Source: Edaphobacter aggregans
GTDB lineage: Bacteria > Acidobacteriota > Terriglobia > Terriglobales > Acidobacteriaceae
Direction of reading: 5' to 3'
Length of the DNA: 32,000 nt
Assembly (NCBI RefSeq): GCF_003945235.1
Contig: NZ_RSDW01000001.1
Span: 960,001 to 992,000 of the forward strand
Shown: piece after piece, positions 1 through 8,700 of the stretch
Layout of the letters: each line of letters opens with the position of its first letter
How positions within the stretch are numbered: position 1 is the stretch's first letter
Translations under genes and position numbers: made by a program
Notes under the pieces: model-generated
What the model was told of the DNA's origin: nothing
What the model saw: only the letters and a program-made list of their open reading frames with translations
The model's database searches: none

Positions 1-252
1 ATCGGGCGAGATATCGTATGCCGGGCCGTACTTCCATTTCGCCGGATCGAATGGGCCCTGGTTGATGGCGGCTGGGGGGGCTGTGGTGATGGCGCCGGAG
101 TCCTTACCGGCGAGTGCGGCGAGGGGGAATTGTGTTTTGCCCGCGTCGGCGTTATTCGAATAGGGATCGGCACTGGCGGTGGTTTGCGCGTAGGCCTGTA
201 AGGTGATGCACGTGAGTACCACTGTGAGTGCCGCAGCTGAAAATCGACTCAT
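1..252 (-). CDS. secreted protein of unknown function; only the 5' part lies in the window
   Basis: ATG at 252-250 with AGGGAG 6 nt upstream. It reads MSRFSAAALTVVLTCITLQAYA/QTTASADPYSNN..., a classical signal peptide with an AYA-Q cleavage site. The frame stays open to position 1. It is absent from the ORF track because the window edge truncates it. Confidence 0.55.
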   Translation of the reverse strand, partial: MSRFSAAALTVVLTCITLQAYAQTTASADPYSNNADAGKTQFPLAALAGKDSGAITTAPPAAINQGPFDPAKWKYGPAYDISPD

Positions 253-494
253 TGCAAACTCCCTTTCTTTGCGAGATGACGATACACGAGGAGGTTGCAG
301 GCAGAATAGACGGGAGACCCAGGGTATCAATCGAGGGTGAGTCGGTAGAACTATTGCAGAACGTTGTTCCGCGCGTCGTTGCCTTGGCGCAATTATTCCG
401 TTGTCCCTTGCGATTGTCGATTGTGGACGAATTACCGGCAGTTACACCGGCGATGAACTGGATTCCCGGATTGAGTTTCGTAACAATCTCAAAC

Positions 495-989
495 TCACAC
501 ACGCATCCCCACCACCACCTTCGCCGTAGTCACCAGCTGCCCAACATGCCGCTGCGTATGATCCGCGCAATGAACCAGCAACCCACCCACACTCGTAGGC
601 AAATTCTTCCTCCCCACCCCACGCCTATCACCAAAACTCTCAGGCGAGATCGCAATCACCCGCTTCACCGCCACCTCCACCCCTTCAGCAAACTCCATCA
701 ACGAAGCCTCTCTCCCAGCTGACTCCATCTCCGTCTTCAGAGCCTCCATCTGCCGCTCACTCAACTGCTGCCCCTCCGCATACGTCAGCAGCCGATCCAG
801 CGACCGAGCCATATGCCGCAAATGGAACCCCACCGAAGGCAGCCCCAGCGGCCTCGCCTCTAGCTCCTCATCACTCAACCCCTCACACCACTTCGCAACA
901 TCCTCCGACGCCAGTTCCAGCGCATGGATCACCCCACGCCGAACCGCATCCACCTCCAACCGAGTCCCTCGCAACCAAGGCTCAACCAT
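495..989 (-). CDS. DinB-family (DinB_2-like) four-helix metal-binding protein
   Basis: Spaced histidines typical of the DinB superfamily (HLRHMARSLDRLL ... HCADHTQRHVGQ). The ORF-track start at 1007 is a TTG. The ATG at 989 has GGAGG 7 nt upstream and is preferred. Confidence 0.75.
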   Translation of the reverse strand: MVEPWLRGTRLEVDAVRRGVIHALELASEDVAKWCEGLSDEELEARPLGLPSVGFHLRHMARSLDRLLTYAEGQQLSERQMEALKTEMESAGREASLMEFAEGVEVAVKRVIAISPESFGDRRGVGRKNLPTSVGGLLVHCADHTQRHVGQLVTTAKVVVGMRV

Positions 990-1076
990 CAACACACCTC
1001 CCTCCAATCAACTCTTATTAGCCTTTATCTTTCTTATCACCGTTACGCCGTTAATCCGCGCAAATCCGCCGTCACT

Positions 1077-2018
1077 TCAAAGCCCCTTCCCTTTCCGAAA
1101 TTCCCGCACCACATCCCCCACATCCCGATGCTGCCCATCCACCGCATCATTCATTCCCTGCACCTCCTCAGCGCTGACCCTGCCCGCCAACCGATCCATA
1201 GCCACCTGAATCCCCGGATGCCGCTGCAACGAATCCGCCCTCACCAACGGCACCGCCTCATACGGAGGAAAGTAGTGCTTATCATCCTCCAGCGCCACAA
1301 ACCCCAGCGCCCGAATCGGCCCATCGGTCGAGTTCCCCGCCACCATATCCACCTGTTCGTTCTGCAGCGCCCGATAAAGCAGCCCCAGATCCATCGTCCG
1401 AGGAGCATCCTTGAACCGCAGCCCATACGTCGCCTCCAGCCCCCGCAACCCATCCGGCCGCTGCTCAAACTCATACCCCACCCCCAGCCGCCAATCCGGA
1501 GCATGCGCCACAGCATCCGATATCGTCCTCACCCCCAGCCGCCGAGCATCGTCCCCCCGAATCACCATCGCAAACGTATCCTCAAATCCAAGCCCCCGCC
1601 CCACCTTCACCCCATACCGCTGCCAGTACAGCCGTCGCACCGTCTGGAAGACCTGCGCCTCATCCCGCTGCCCCACCGGAGGCAACGGCTGCTTCAAAAT
1701 CGCCGTCAGCGCCGTCCCCGAATACTCCACATACCCATCAATCCGCCCACTCACCAGAGCCTGCTGACAGATGTAGCTCCCCGCCAGATAGAACCGCCGC
1801 TCCACCCTCTGCCCCGTCACCGCTTCAATCTCTTGAGCCAGCAACTCCCCCAGCACCACCTGCTCCGTAAAGTTCTTCGCCCCAATCGTCACCCGGCTCG
1901 ACCTCGGCGGAGCACACCCCAAAAAACAACCACCAAAAACCATCCCGCAAACCACACTTGCCAGACAAAAAACCGCTAAGTAACCACCGTTTTTCCCAGA
2001 AAATTGGCGAAATCTCAT
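1077..2018 (-). CDS. ABC transporter substrate-binding lipoprotein, glycine betaine/choline/osmoprotectant (OpuAC-fold) type
   Basis: Motifs match OpuAC/OsmX-like binders: IGAKNFTEQVVLGELLAQ, GRIDGYVEYSGTAL, YFPPYEAVPLVR. The lipobox FLGC follows a hydrophobic N-terminus. The ATG at 2018 overlaps the permease stop (ATGA at 2015-2018). The track start at 2051 is a GTG inside the permease gene. Confidence 0.85.
   Translation of the reverse strand: MRFRQFSGKNGGYLAVFCLASVVCGMVFGGCFLGCAPPRSSRVTIGAKNFTEQVVLGELLAQEIEAVTGQRVERRFYLAGSYICQQALVSGRIDGYVEYSGTALTAILKQPLPPVGQRDEAQVFQTVRRLYWQRYGVKVGRGLGFEDTFAMVIRGDDARRLGVRTISDAVAHAPDWRLGVGYEFEQRPDGLRGLEATYGLRFKDAPRTMDLGLLYRALQNEQVDMVAGNSTDGPIRALGFVALEDDKHYFPPYEAVPLVRADSLQRHPGIQVAMDRLAGRVSAEEVQGMNDAVDGQHRDVGDVVREFRKGKGL
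1921..2015 (-). repeat. partial copy (C) of the ~190-nt repeat family also found at 11590-11784 and 25287-25473
   Basis: Hand alignment to the reverse complement of copy B gives 29/40 identities for ccgcaaaccacacttgccagacaaaaaaccgctaagtaac versus ccgcaaaccacctttgccagactttttgccgcttattgac. This is followed by 12/13 for caccgtttttccc versus caccgtttttgcc. The copy overlaps the signal-peptide codons of the binding protein. Confidence 0.4.
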
Positions 2019-2647
2019 GCTCGCCGCACCGACATTTTTTTCTCCACCCACCCCAACCCAGCATCCGCCACCAAAGCCAGCAGAGCCGCAGGAATCGCCC
2101 CCGCCAGCACCAGCCCGTTATCCACACTGGCCACCCCCCGAAAGATCAATTCCCCCAACCCACCCGCTCCAATCGCCGCCGCAATCGTAGCCACCCCCAC
2201 ACAAGTCACCGTAGCCGTCCGCAAACCCGCCAAAATCACGCTGGCCGCAATCGGCAACTCTACCTTCACCAACCGCTGCCACCCCGTCATCCCCATGGCA
2301 TTCGCAACATCTACCAAAGCCTCATCGACACTCCCAATCCCCGCATACGTATTGCGCAAAATCGGCAACAACGCATACCCAGTCAGCGCCACAATCGCCA
2401 GCCGAGCCGCATTCTCCCCCAGCCAGGGCACCGGCAGCAGCAACCCAAACAGAGCCAGACTAGGCACCGTCTGCACCACATTCGCAAACCCGATCACGGG
2501 TCCAGCCCACCGCCGCTTCCGTGTCAGCAAAACCCCCAAAGGCAGCCCAATCGCCACCGCCAGCATCATCGCCGAAAGCGTCAGCCAAAGATGCTCAAAC
2601 GTCAGCCGAGCGATCCCCCACCCCTGAGCCCGCAGAAACGCCATCAT
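2015..2647 (-). CDS. ABC transporter permease (BPD_transp_1, OpuB/OpuC-type)
   Basis: 210 aa and polytopic. It has the EAA-like loop VDEALVDVANAMGMTGWQRLVKVELP typical of osmoprotectant ABC permeases. ATGA overlaps occur at both ends (2644-2647 and 2015-2018). Confidence 0.9.
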   Translation of the reverse strand: MMAFLRAQGWGIARLTFEHLWLTLSAMMLAVAIGLPLGVLLTRKRRWAGPVIGFANVVQTVPSLALFGLLLPVPWLGENAARLAIVALTGYALLPILRNTYAGIGSVDEALVDVANAMGMTGWQRLVKVELPIAASVILAGLRTATVTCVGVATIAAAIGAGGLGELIFRGVASVDNGLVLAGAIPAALLALVADAGLGWVEKKMSVRRA

Positions 2648-3393
2648 GCTGACACCACACGATGTACCGCCGAAACATAATCTTTTACATAAGGATTATT
2701 CGACCCCACAATCTCCTCCGGAGGCAGGTCCGCAGCCACACTCCCATCCGACAAAAAAATCACCCGACCAGCCAAATAGAGCGCCTCATCCAAATCATGC
2801 GTGACCAACACAACCGTCTTCCCCACCCGCTCCAACAAACCCCGCAACATGGTTTGCATCTCAGCCCTGGTGATTGGATCCAGCGCCCCAAACGGCTCAT
2901 CCATAAGCAGCACCTTAGGGTCCAGAGCAAGCGCCCGCGCGAGCCCGACCCGCTGCCTCTGCCCCCCAGAAAGCTGCCAAGGATACCGCCCCCGAAACTC
3001 CTCAAAATCCATCCCCACCAACTCCACCACCTCACGAGCCCGAGCCGCAATCTCCCCCTTTGACCGCCCAGCCAGCTCCAGCCCCATCCCCACATTCCGC
3101 TCTACCGTCATATGCGGAAACAGCCCCGTCTCCTGGATCACATACCCAATCCCCCGCCGCAGAGCCACCACATCGGACGCCCCTACATCCTCATTCCCCA
3201 CCAGCACCCTGCCCGACGAAGGCCGCACCAGCCCATTAATCATCCGCAACAGCGTTGTCTTACCCGACCCACTCCGCCCCAGCAAAGCCGTAGTCGTCCC
3301 CGCTTCCAGCCGCAGAGAAATATCGCGCAACAAAACACGCCCACCAGCCAACGTGTAGCTCACCTTCGCGAACTCGACGCCAACCGTGGGCAT
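2644..3393 (-). CDS. ABC transporter ATP-binding protein
   Basis: Walker A GRSGSGKTT, signature LSGGQRQRV, Walker B LLMDEPFGALD and H-loop VTHD. At 249 aa it has no C-terminal CBS pair. Confidence 0.92.
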   Translation of the reverse strand: MPTVGVEFAKVSYTLAGGRVLLRDISLRLEAGTTTALLGRSGSGKTTLLRMINGLVRPSSGRVLVGNEDVGASDVVALRRGIGYVIQETGLFPHMTVERNVGMGLELAGRSKGEIAARAREVVELVGMDFEEFRGRYPWQLSGGQRQRVGLARALALDPKVLLMDEPFGALDPITRAEMQTMLRGLLERVGKTVVLVTHDLDEALYLAGRVIFLSDGSVAADLPPEEIVGSNNPYVKDYVSAVHRVVSA

Positions 3394-3420
3394 GCCCTCT
3401 ACTCTAACTTGTCACTGAAC

Positions 3421-4368
3421 TTACTGTGCAGTCTCCGGGGCAGGCTCAACCGCAGCAGGCTCGCTACCCGGCTGCCCCTTCACTCTGACAACCGTAATCT
3501 TCTCGAAGCCTTCCTTGAACGTAGGCGGCTTCAGACGCTCAGCCATCTTCTGCATCACTTCATCTGTGACAGCCCGCTCGCGCTTCCGATTCCGCTCCAT
3601 GCAGACAGCCAACGGCACATCAAAAAATACCGCCTGCACCTCATACCCGAAGCTCTTCGCCATCTTGATCCACTGTCTCCGCTCATGCGGCGAAAGGTTC
3701 GTGGCATCCACGTAGTTCCAAGGCATCTTGGCAATCAGTCTCGCCCGCAGCAGACTCCGCAGCGTCGAAAACACCAGTCCCTGATACCGCTGCTCCGTAA
3801 TGTCATCGAACAGGAGCGTCCGCAGCAGATCGCTCGACAGCGGAGTAACCCCCCGCCGCTTATACCAGGTCGTCTTCCCCGACCCTGGCAACCCGATCGC
3901 CAACACCACATATCCCTTAGGAGATTTAGCCGCAATCTGTTCCGCCGGCGGTGTAGCCAACGACTCAGGCTGCGTCTCCACCACCATCCTCGGCTCGACC
4001 GGCACACTCTCAGCAGCCACCGGCACGTCAGCAGGCTCAACCGCAGCCGCAACAGTCTCCGCAGCGACCGCAGGCTCAGCGGCACGAACCGGCGCAGCAT
4101 CGGGGTACGATGGTCTTAGGGGAGCAGGCTGGTTAGCAGGCAGCTCTTGCCCGCTCTTGCCCGTGGACTCCGAGTCATTCGGTCCACGTCTAGGGCGTCG
4201 TCTCATTTTTTCGCGCATCCAATCGCGCAGTTCGCGCATATGTCGCTTGTAACACAGCGTCGAATCCCCCCGCAAATCCACTGCACCTCGGTCGATACCC
4301 CGCGCAACTTTCCGCCTGAAAATTTGCGCCACCCCTGCCCCAGTGTTAGCATCCCGTCCTGATGGCAT
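3421..4368 (-). CDS. P-loop kinase of the AAA_33 / polynucleotide-kinase-like family with a Pro/Ala/Glu/Val-rich N-terminal extension
   Basis: GLPGSGKTT P-loop, then LSSD..R, then VDATN, then CMERNRKRER and KEGF, which is the order seen in Pnkp-type kinase domains. The 485-aa track ORF runs antisense into gap and cannot all be real. Candidate starts are ATG 4368 (GAGGA 9 nt upstream), ATG 4377 and ATG 4239. Confidence 0.7.
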   Translation of the reverse strand: MPSGRDANTGAGVAQIFRRKVARGIDRGAVDLRGDSTLCYKRHMRELRDWMREKMRRRPRRGPNDSESTGKSGQELPANQPAPLRPSYPDAAPVRAAEPAVAAETVAAAVEPADVPVAAESVPVEPRMVVETQPESLATPPAEQIAAKSPKGYVVLAIGLPGSGKTTWYKRRGVTPLSSDLLRTLLFDDITEQRYQGLVFSTLRSLLRARLIAKMPWNYVDATNLSPHERRQWIKMAKSFGYEVQAVFFDVPLAVCMERNRKRERAVTDEVMQKMAERLKPPTFKEGFEKITVVRVKGQPGSEPAAVEPAPETAQ

Positions 4369-4446
4369 GCACGCCATTCCTCTGCGTTCTACAATAGATA
4401 AAACGCATAAATACTTCGCACCACCACGACAGGAGCAACCGAAATC

Positions 4447-5451
<1,005 letters not shown>

Positions 5452-5466
5452 TTTCTTTCCAAGATG

Positions 5467-5500
5467 AAAGGGCGAGACGTTAGTCTCGCCCTTTCTCTTT
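5467..5500 (+). terminator. rho-independent terminator after gap
   Basis: Perfect 9-bp stem GGGCGAGAC (5470-5478) / GTCTCGCCC (5483-5491), loop GTTA, followed by TTTCTCTTTT. Confidence 0.75.
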
Positions 5501-5539
5501 TAAGAGAAAAGAAGCCAACCCACAAATCACCGCGGTGAA

Positions 5540-6724
5540 CTAAATCGCCACCACAAATGAGGCTTCACCATCGACAGCAGGAGCACCCTCCCCTATCGTC
5601 CGTGGCTCAAGACGACGCTCCTGAAGCCAGCCATGAACACCCAGTCCAATCATCAGTAAGACGACAGCCGAAAGCTCCGAAAATATTCGCACCTCCCGCA
5701 GAATCCCCACCACAGTCATGGCAGCGCCCCACAAGACAAAGACGGCAATCGACGTGACCCTGACCCGCACCGGAACAAACCTCCAGAACAGAATCGCTGC
5801 GACATACGCGAAGCCGAACACCGCCGACTCGGAGAGCCAAAACAGCGGATTGAACATCTGATGAACGTTCTCTGAAAACTGATTCTGCGTCATTCCCCCA
5901 CAGGACGAGCAGAGGTGCTGAATATAAGCGCGTTCCGCCAGACGGATCGCAACCACCAGCGCCCCCATCCCCGCGCACAACGACATCAGCCGAAGCAGAG
6001 AGTACCGTCCATACTGCAAGCCTAGAAAGATGAAGATCGCCACTGCCGCGGTTTCTTTGTTCAAAAAAGCCGGAATGAGAACCAGAGTGAAAGCGACAGG
6101 TCGCCCCTGATAGGCCAGGTAGACCAGCAAGGTAAAGAAGAAAAGAGCAGCAACATCGTATGGGTAATAGAGATTACGGTTCAGCACCAGCATCGTATCG
6201 AAGTAGGCAGCGTACCCCATGCCGAGTGCCATCCATTCGAACCCGCGGTGTGAGTCGATACTTCGCAGCAGACGACGCGCAACCAGAAGCGTCCCAAGCA
6301 TTGCGGCGAAGGTAAGCAAAACGACAAACCAATCTTCCTGCGACGTAAAAGGACGATTCAGGTAAGGCATGTGCAGCCTGGGAAAGCGCAGGTAAAGAGG
6401 GTGCAGAAGGGCCGTAGCCGCCTTCCACAAAAGAGCGGGCAGCATACGATACGCAAACGGCCCACCATCTCCCTTCAGGTCCTTATAGGTATGAAAGGGA
6501 ACCATTGCTGATGTCAAAGTGTTATAGGCAATCGCAAAGTGCGCGGACAGCAATACACAAACAACCGTCAGCAAAGGCTGGCGGCGAACACCCTGGACCT
6601 CGGTCATGTGCCGTAGTATACATTTGCAAAAATCTGCTCCAAGAGCGACCCTACTTGCTCGCCGATAGCCATATCTCGCCCCGACCATGACCACCCAGCC
6701 AGCACCTGGATTGGTGAAACTCAA
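5540..6724 (-). CDS. polytopic integral membrane protein, function unknown
   Basis: About 9-10 hydrophobic spans and no motif I can assign. The start is uncertain: TTG 6724 (TTGA overlap with the upstream stop), ATG 6688 or ATG 6607 (MTEVQGVRRQPLL then TM1). Confidence 0.6.
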   Translation of the reverse strand: MSFTNPGAGWVVMVGARYGYRRASRVALGADFCKCILRHMTEVQGVRRQPLLTVVCVLLSAHFAIAYNTLTSAMVPFHTYKDLKGDGGPFAYRMLPALLWKAATALLHPLYLRFPRLHMPYLNRPFTSQEDWFVVLLTFAAMLGTLLVARRLLRSIDSHRGFEWMALGMGYAAYFDTMLVLNRNLYYPYDVAALFFFTLLVYLAYQGRPVAFTLVLIPAFLNKETAAVAIFIFLGLQYGRYSLLRLMSLCAGMGALVVAIRLAERAYIQHLCSSCGGMTQNQFSENVHQMFNPLFWLSESAVFGFAYVAAILFWRFVPVRVRVTSIAVFVLWGAAMTVVGILREVRIFSELSAVVLLMIGLGVHGWLQERRLEPRTIGEGAPAVDGEASFVVAI

Positions 6725-7128
6725 TCGATCTGAGGTGGTGCGGGTGGAGGAGGTGGAGCATTCACTGCTCCGCCGGCTATCACATTTGATCTTCTAGTAT
6801 CTGCCGTCGCCTGCTCGCTCTCAAAGCTCTTTTGGATTCCCTTCGATACCACGTAAGACCCACCACTGATGCCCATCAGCCCCAATACTCCCGGAGGGAT
6901 ATCGGGAAACTTGCCGTCTCCGTTATAGAAGAAGAGATAGACCCACATCAGCACAATCACAAAGGTGAAGACCAGAAATTGAAACCGCGACATACTGGCA
7001 TCGCCATTTGTCTCGCTGACAAGTTTCGTCAAATCGATCTTCCCGGTCAGTATCTTCCAAAGGATGATTCCAACAAGCAGCCCTACAAAAACCACCAAGC
7101 CCCATGCTGTGATTACCTTGAGAGCCAT
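6721..7128 (-). CDS. small membrane protein (about 3 TM, proline-rich C-terminal tail), paralog of 7167-7490
   Basis: ATG with GGGGGA 5 nt upstream. Hydrophobic spans are present. The segment ILTGKIDLTKLVSETNGDASMSRFQFLVFTFVIVLMWVY aligns to the neighbouring ORF. Confidence 0.6.
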   Translation of the reverse strand: MALKVITAWGLVVFVGLLVGIILWKILTGKIDLTKLVSETNGDASMSRFQFLVFTFVIVLMWVYLFFYNGDGKFPDIPPGVLGLMGISGGSYVVSKGIQKSFESEQATADTRRSNVIAGGAVNAPPPPPAPPQID

Positions 7129-7166
7129 CTGTTCCCCCTGCCAAGCTTGAATTTAATTTCGACCAG

Positions 7167-7490
7167 TTATCGGCCCGCTGACTCGTTTAGAAACTTGCGA
7201 ACGACATAGAACACATTGCTCCCACCGAGGGCCGCGCCAAGCTCTGGAGGCACAGGAGCAAAGCCCTTCAATTGGTAGCATCGGTACGCGTAGTAAATTG
7301 CAATCACCAGCGTGGACAGAAATAGTTGAAGTCTAGCTGGACTGTAACTACCGTCGGGCCCCTTGGTGCTAAGCAAATAATTCGTATTAATGACCCCGTT
7401 AAGCAGCCGATAAGTAATAATGATCGCCAGTCCCCCCACAAAAAACCACAGTTCATAGCGCAGGACGACAAGCACAGGCACGTGTCTCAT
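7167..7490 (-). CDS. small membrane protein, paralog of 6721-7128
   Basis: ATG with a GGGAGG RBS. LLNGVINTNYLLSTKGPDGSYSPARLQLFLSTLVIAIYYAY and FAPVPPELGAALGGSNVFYVVRKF align with the 135-aa neighbour. Confidence 0.55.
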   Translation of the reverse strand: MRHVPVLVVLRYELWFFVGGLAIIITYRLLNGVINTNYLLSTKGPDGSYSPARLQLFLSTLVIAIYYAYRCYQLKGFAPVPPELGAALGGSNVFYVVRKFLNESAGR

Positions 7491-7724
7491 TTGCCTCCCA
7501 TCTTTGAATTCACTCGGAGGATGATACTCAGAAGGATCTGTTCTTCCGCTCCAGGTCTTCAGATGAATTGGACTGAACCGGCAAAACTCATACTGGGGCC
7601 GAATGGCAACGAATGTATGTTCCGTTCAAGAGAAAAGCAAGAACTTTAAACGAGAGTTCCTCCCAAACAATGTCGCTTTCAGCCAAACTGAAGACCGCTC
7701 TCAGAAAATCGGTAAACTAGCACC

Positions 7725-8099
7725 ATGACGCGCACCAACATCCCCGGCACATCTCCGTACGAACCCATCATCGGCTTCTCCCGAGCCGTCCGCATCGGCA
7801 ACCACATCCACGTCTCCGGCACCGGACCAGTCGGCGCAGACGACGGCGACATCGCCCAGCAGACCGAGCAATGCCTCTCCCTCATCGTCACCGCTCTCAA
7901 AAATGCTGGCTCCTCCATCGAGCACGTTTACCGCACCCGCATGTACCTCACCCATACTCAAGACTGGGAAGCCGCCGGCCGCGTCCACGGAAAATTCTTC
8001 TCCATCATCCGCCCTGCCGCCACCATGGTCGTCATCAAGGAACTCCTCAACCCCACCTGGCGCATAGAAATTGAGGCGGATGCCTGGATTCCCTACTAA
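7725..8099 (+). CDS. RidA/YjgF/UK114-family protein
   Basis: 124 aa. GFSRAVRIGNHIHVSGTGPV, VYRTRMYLT and a C-terminal RIEIEADA are typical of the family. Confidence 0.85.
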   Translation: MTRTNIPGTSPYEPIIGFSRAVRIGNHIHVSGTGPVGADDGDIAQQTEQCLSLIVTALKNAGSSIEHVYRTRMYLTHTQDWEAAGRVHGKFFSIIRPAATMVVIKELLNPTWRIEIEADAWIPY

Positions 8100-8110
8100 A
8101 ATCGGAACCG

Positions 8111-8599
8111 ATGCCAACACCTGCTGATCGTCGCGCCAACGTTCTGCTGGTCATCGCCGGTGCAGGCCTTCTCATCGGCACCCTCGACCTCCTCGACGCC
8201 ATCATCTACTACGGCACTCTAGGCGTCCCCCCCATCAAGATTCCCCAGTCCGTCGCCAGCGGCGTCCTCGGCCGCATCGCCTACGGCGACGGCATGGTCA
8301 CAGCAGCATTCGGTGTCGCGCTCCACTTCTTTATCGCCTTCGTCATCGCCGCGGTCTACATCCTTGCCAGCCGCAGTCTCCCGCTCTCGCGGCGCCCCAT
8401 TCTCTCCGGCGCCGCCTACGGAATCTGCGTCTATTTCTTCATGAACTACATCGTCCTTCCGCTCTCCAACGTCTATCCTCGCCCGCACTTCGCGACTGGC
8501 CCTTTTCTCAACGGAATCATCGGTCACATCCTGCTCATCGGAATCCCCGTCGCCCTCATCGCCCGCCGCTGTGTCGACTGCAAAAAGCCGCTCCTATGA
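8111..8599 (+). CDS. integral membrane protein, function unknown
   Basis: 162 aa with four hydrophobic spans. Its C3-rich codon usage matches neighbouring real plus-strand genes. Confidence 0.65.
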   Translation: MPTPADRRANVLLVIAGAGLLIGTLDLLDAIIYYGTLGVPPIKIPQSVASGVLGRIAYGDGMVTAAFGVALHFFIAFVIAAVYILASRSLPLSRRPILSGAAYGICVYFFMNYIVLPLSNVYPRPHFATGPFLNGIIGHILLIGIPVALIARRCVDCKKPLL

Positions 8600-8700
8600 T
8601 CGACGTTTCTCAACCGCTTCAAAATCCCTACCCATGCCTGCCCTTAACATTCATGCAAACCAATTAGACTGTTGTCACACATAACCTCGAAGGAAATCGA

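Noticed and set aside
253-494. 240-nt leader upstream of the truncated secreted-protein gene, examined for a riboswitch
   Set aside because: I could not recognise conserved cores of the common riboswitch classes (TPP, cobalamin, SAM, glycine). Only a covariance-model scan could settle this.
924-1979. 351-aa plus-strand ORF, extremely P/H/R/Q-rich, opposite the ABC binding-protein gene
   Set aside because: It is a shadow ORF. It lies antisense to a gene with clear family motifs, and its composition is what a C-rich strand yields when read out of context. It has no RBS and no recognisable domain.
2118-2126. Perfect E. coli-consensus DnaA box TTATCCACA
   Set aside because: It is a single occurrence inside the permease coding sequence. 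One perfect 9-mer in 64 kb of two-strand sequence is not far from chance expectation (about 0.24), and there is no neighbouring cluster or AT-rich unwinding element.
3112-4119. 335-aa plus-strand ORF spanning the ABC ATPase start and the kinase gene
   Set aside because: It is antisense to two well-supported genes, crosses their intergenic gap, and is a low-complexity P/R/H/L-rich translation.
4255-4272. GGGGGGATTCGACG on the minus strand, resembling the 5' end of tmRNA
   Set aside because: No tRNA-like 3' end (T-arm plus CCA) is found about 350 nt downstream on that strand, and no tag-peptide reading frame is present. The site lies within or next to the kinase gene's 5' region.
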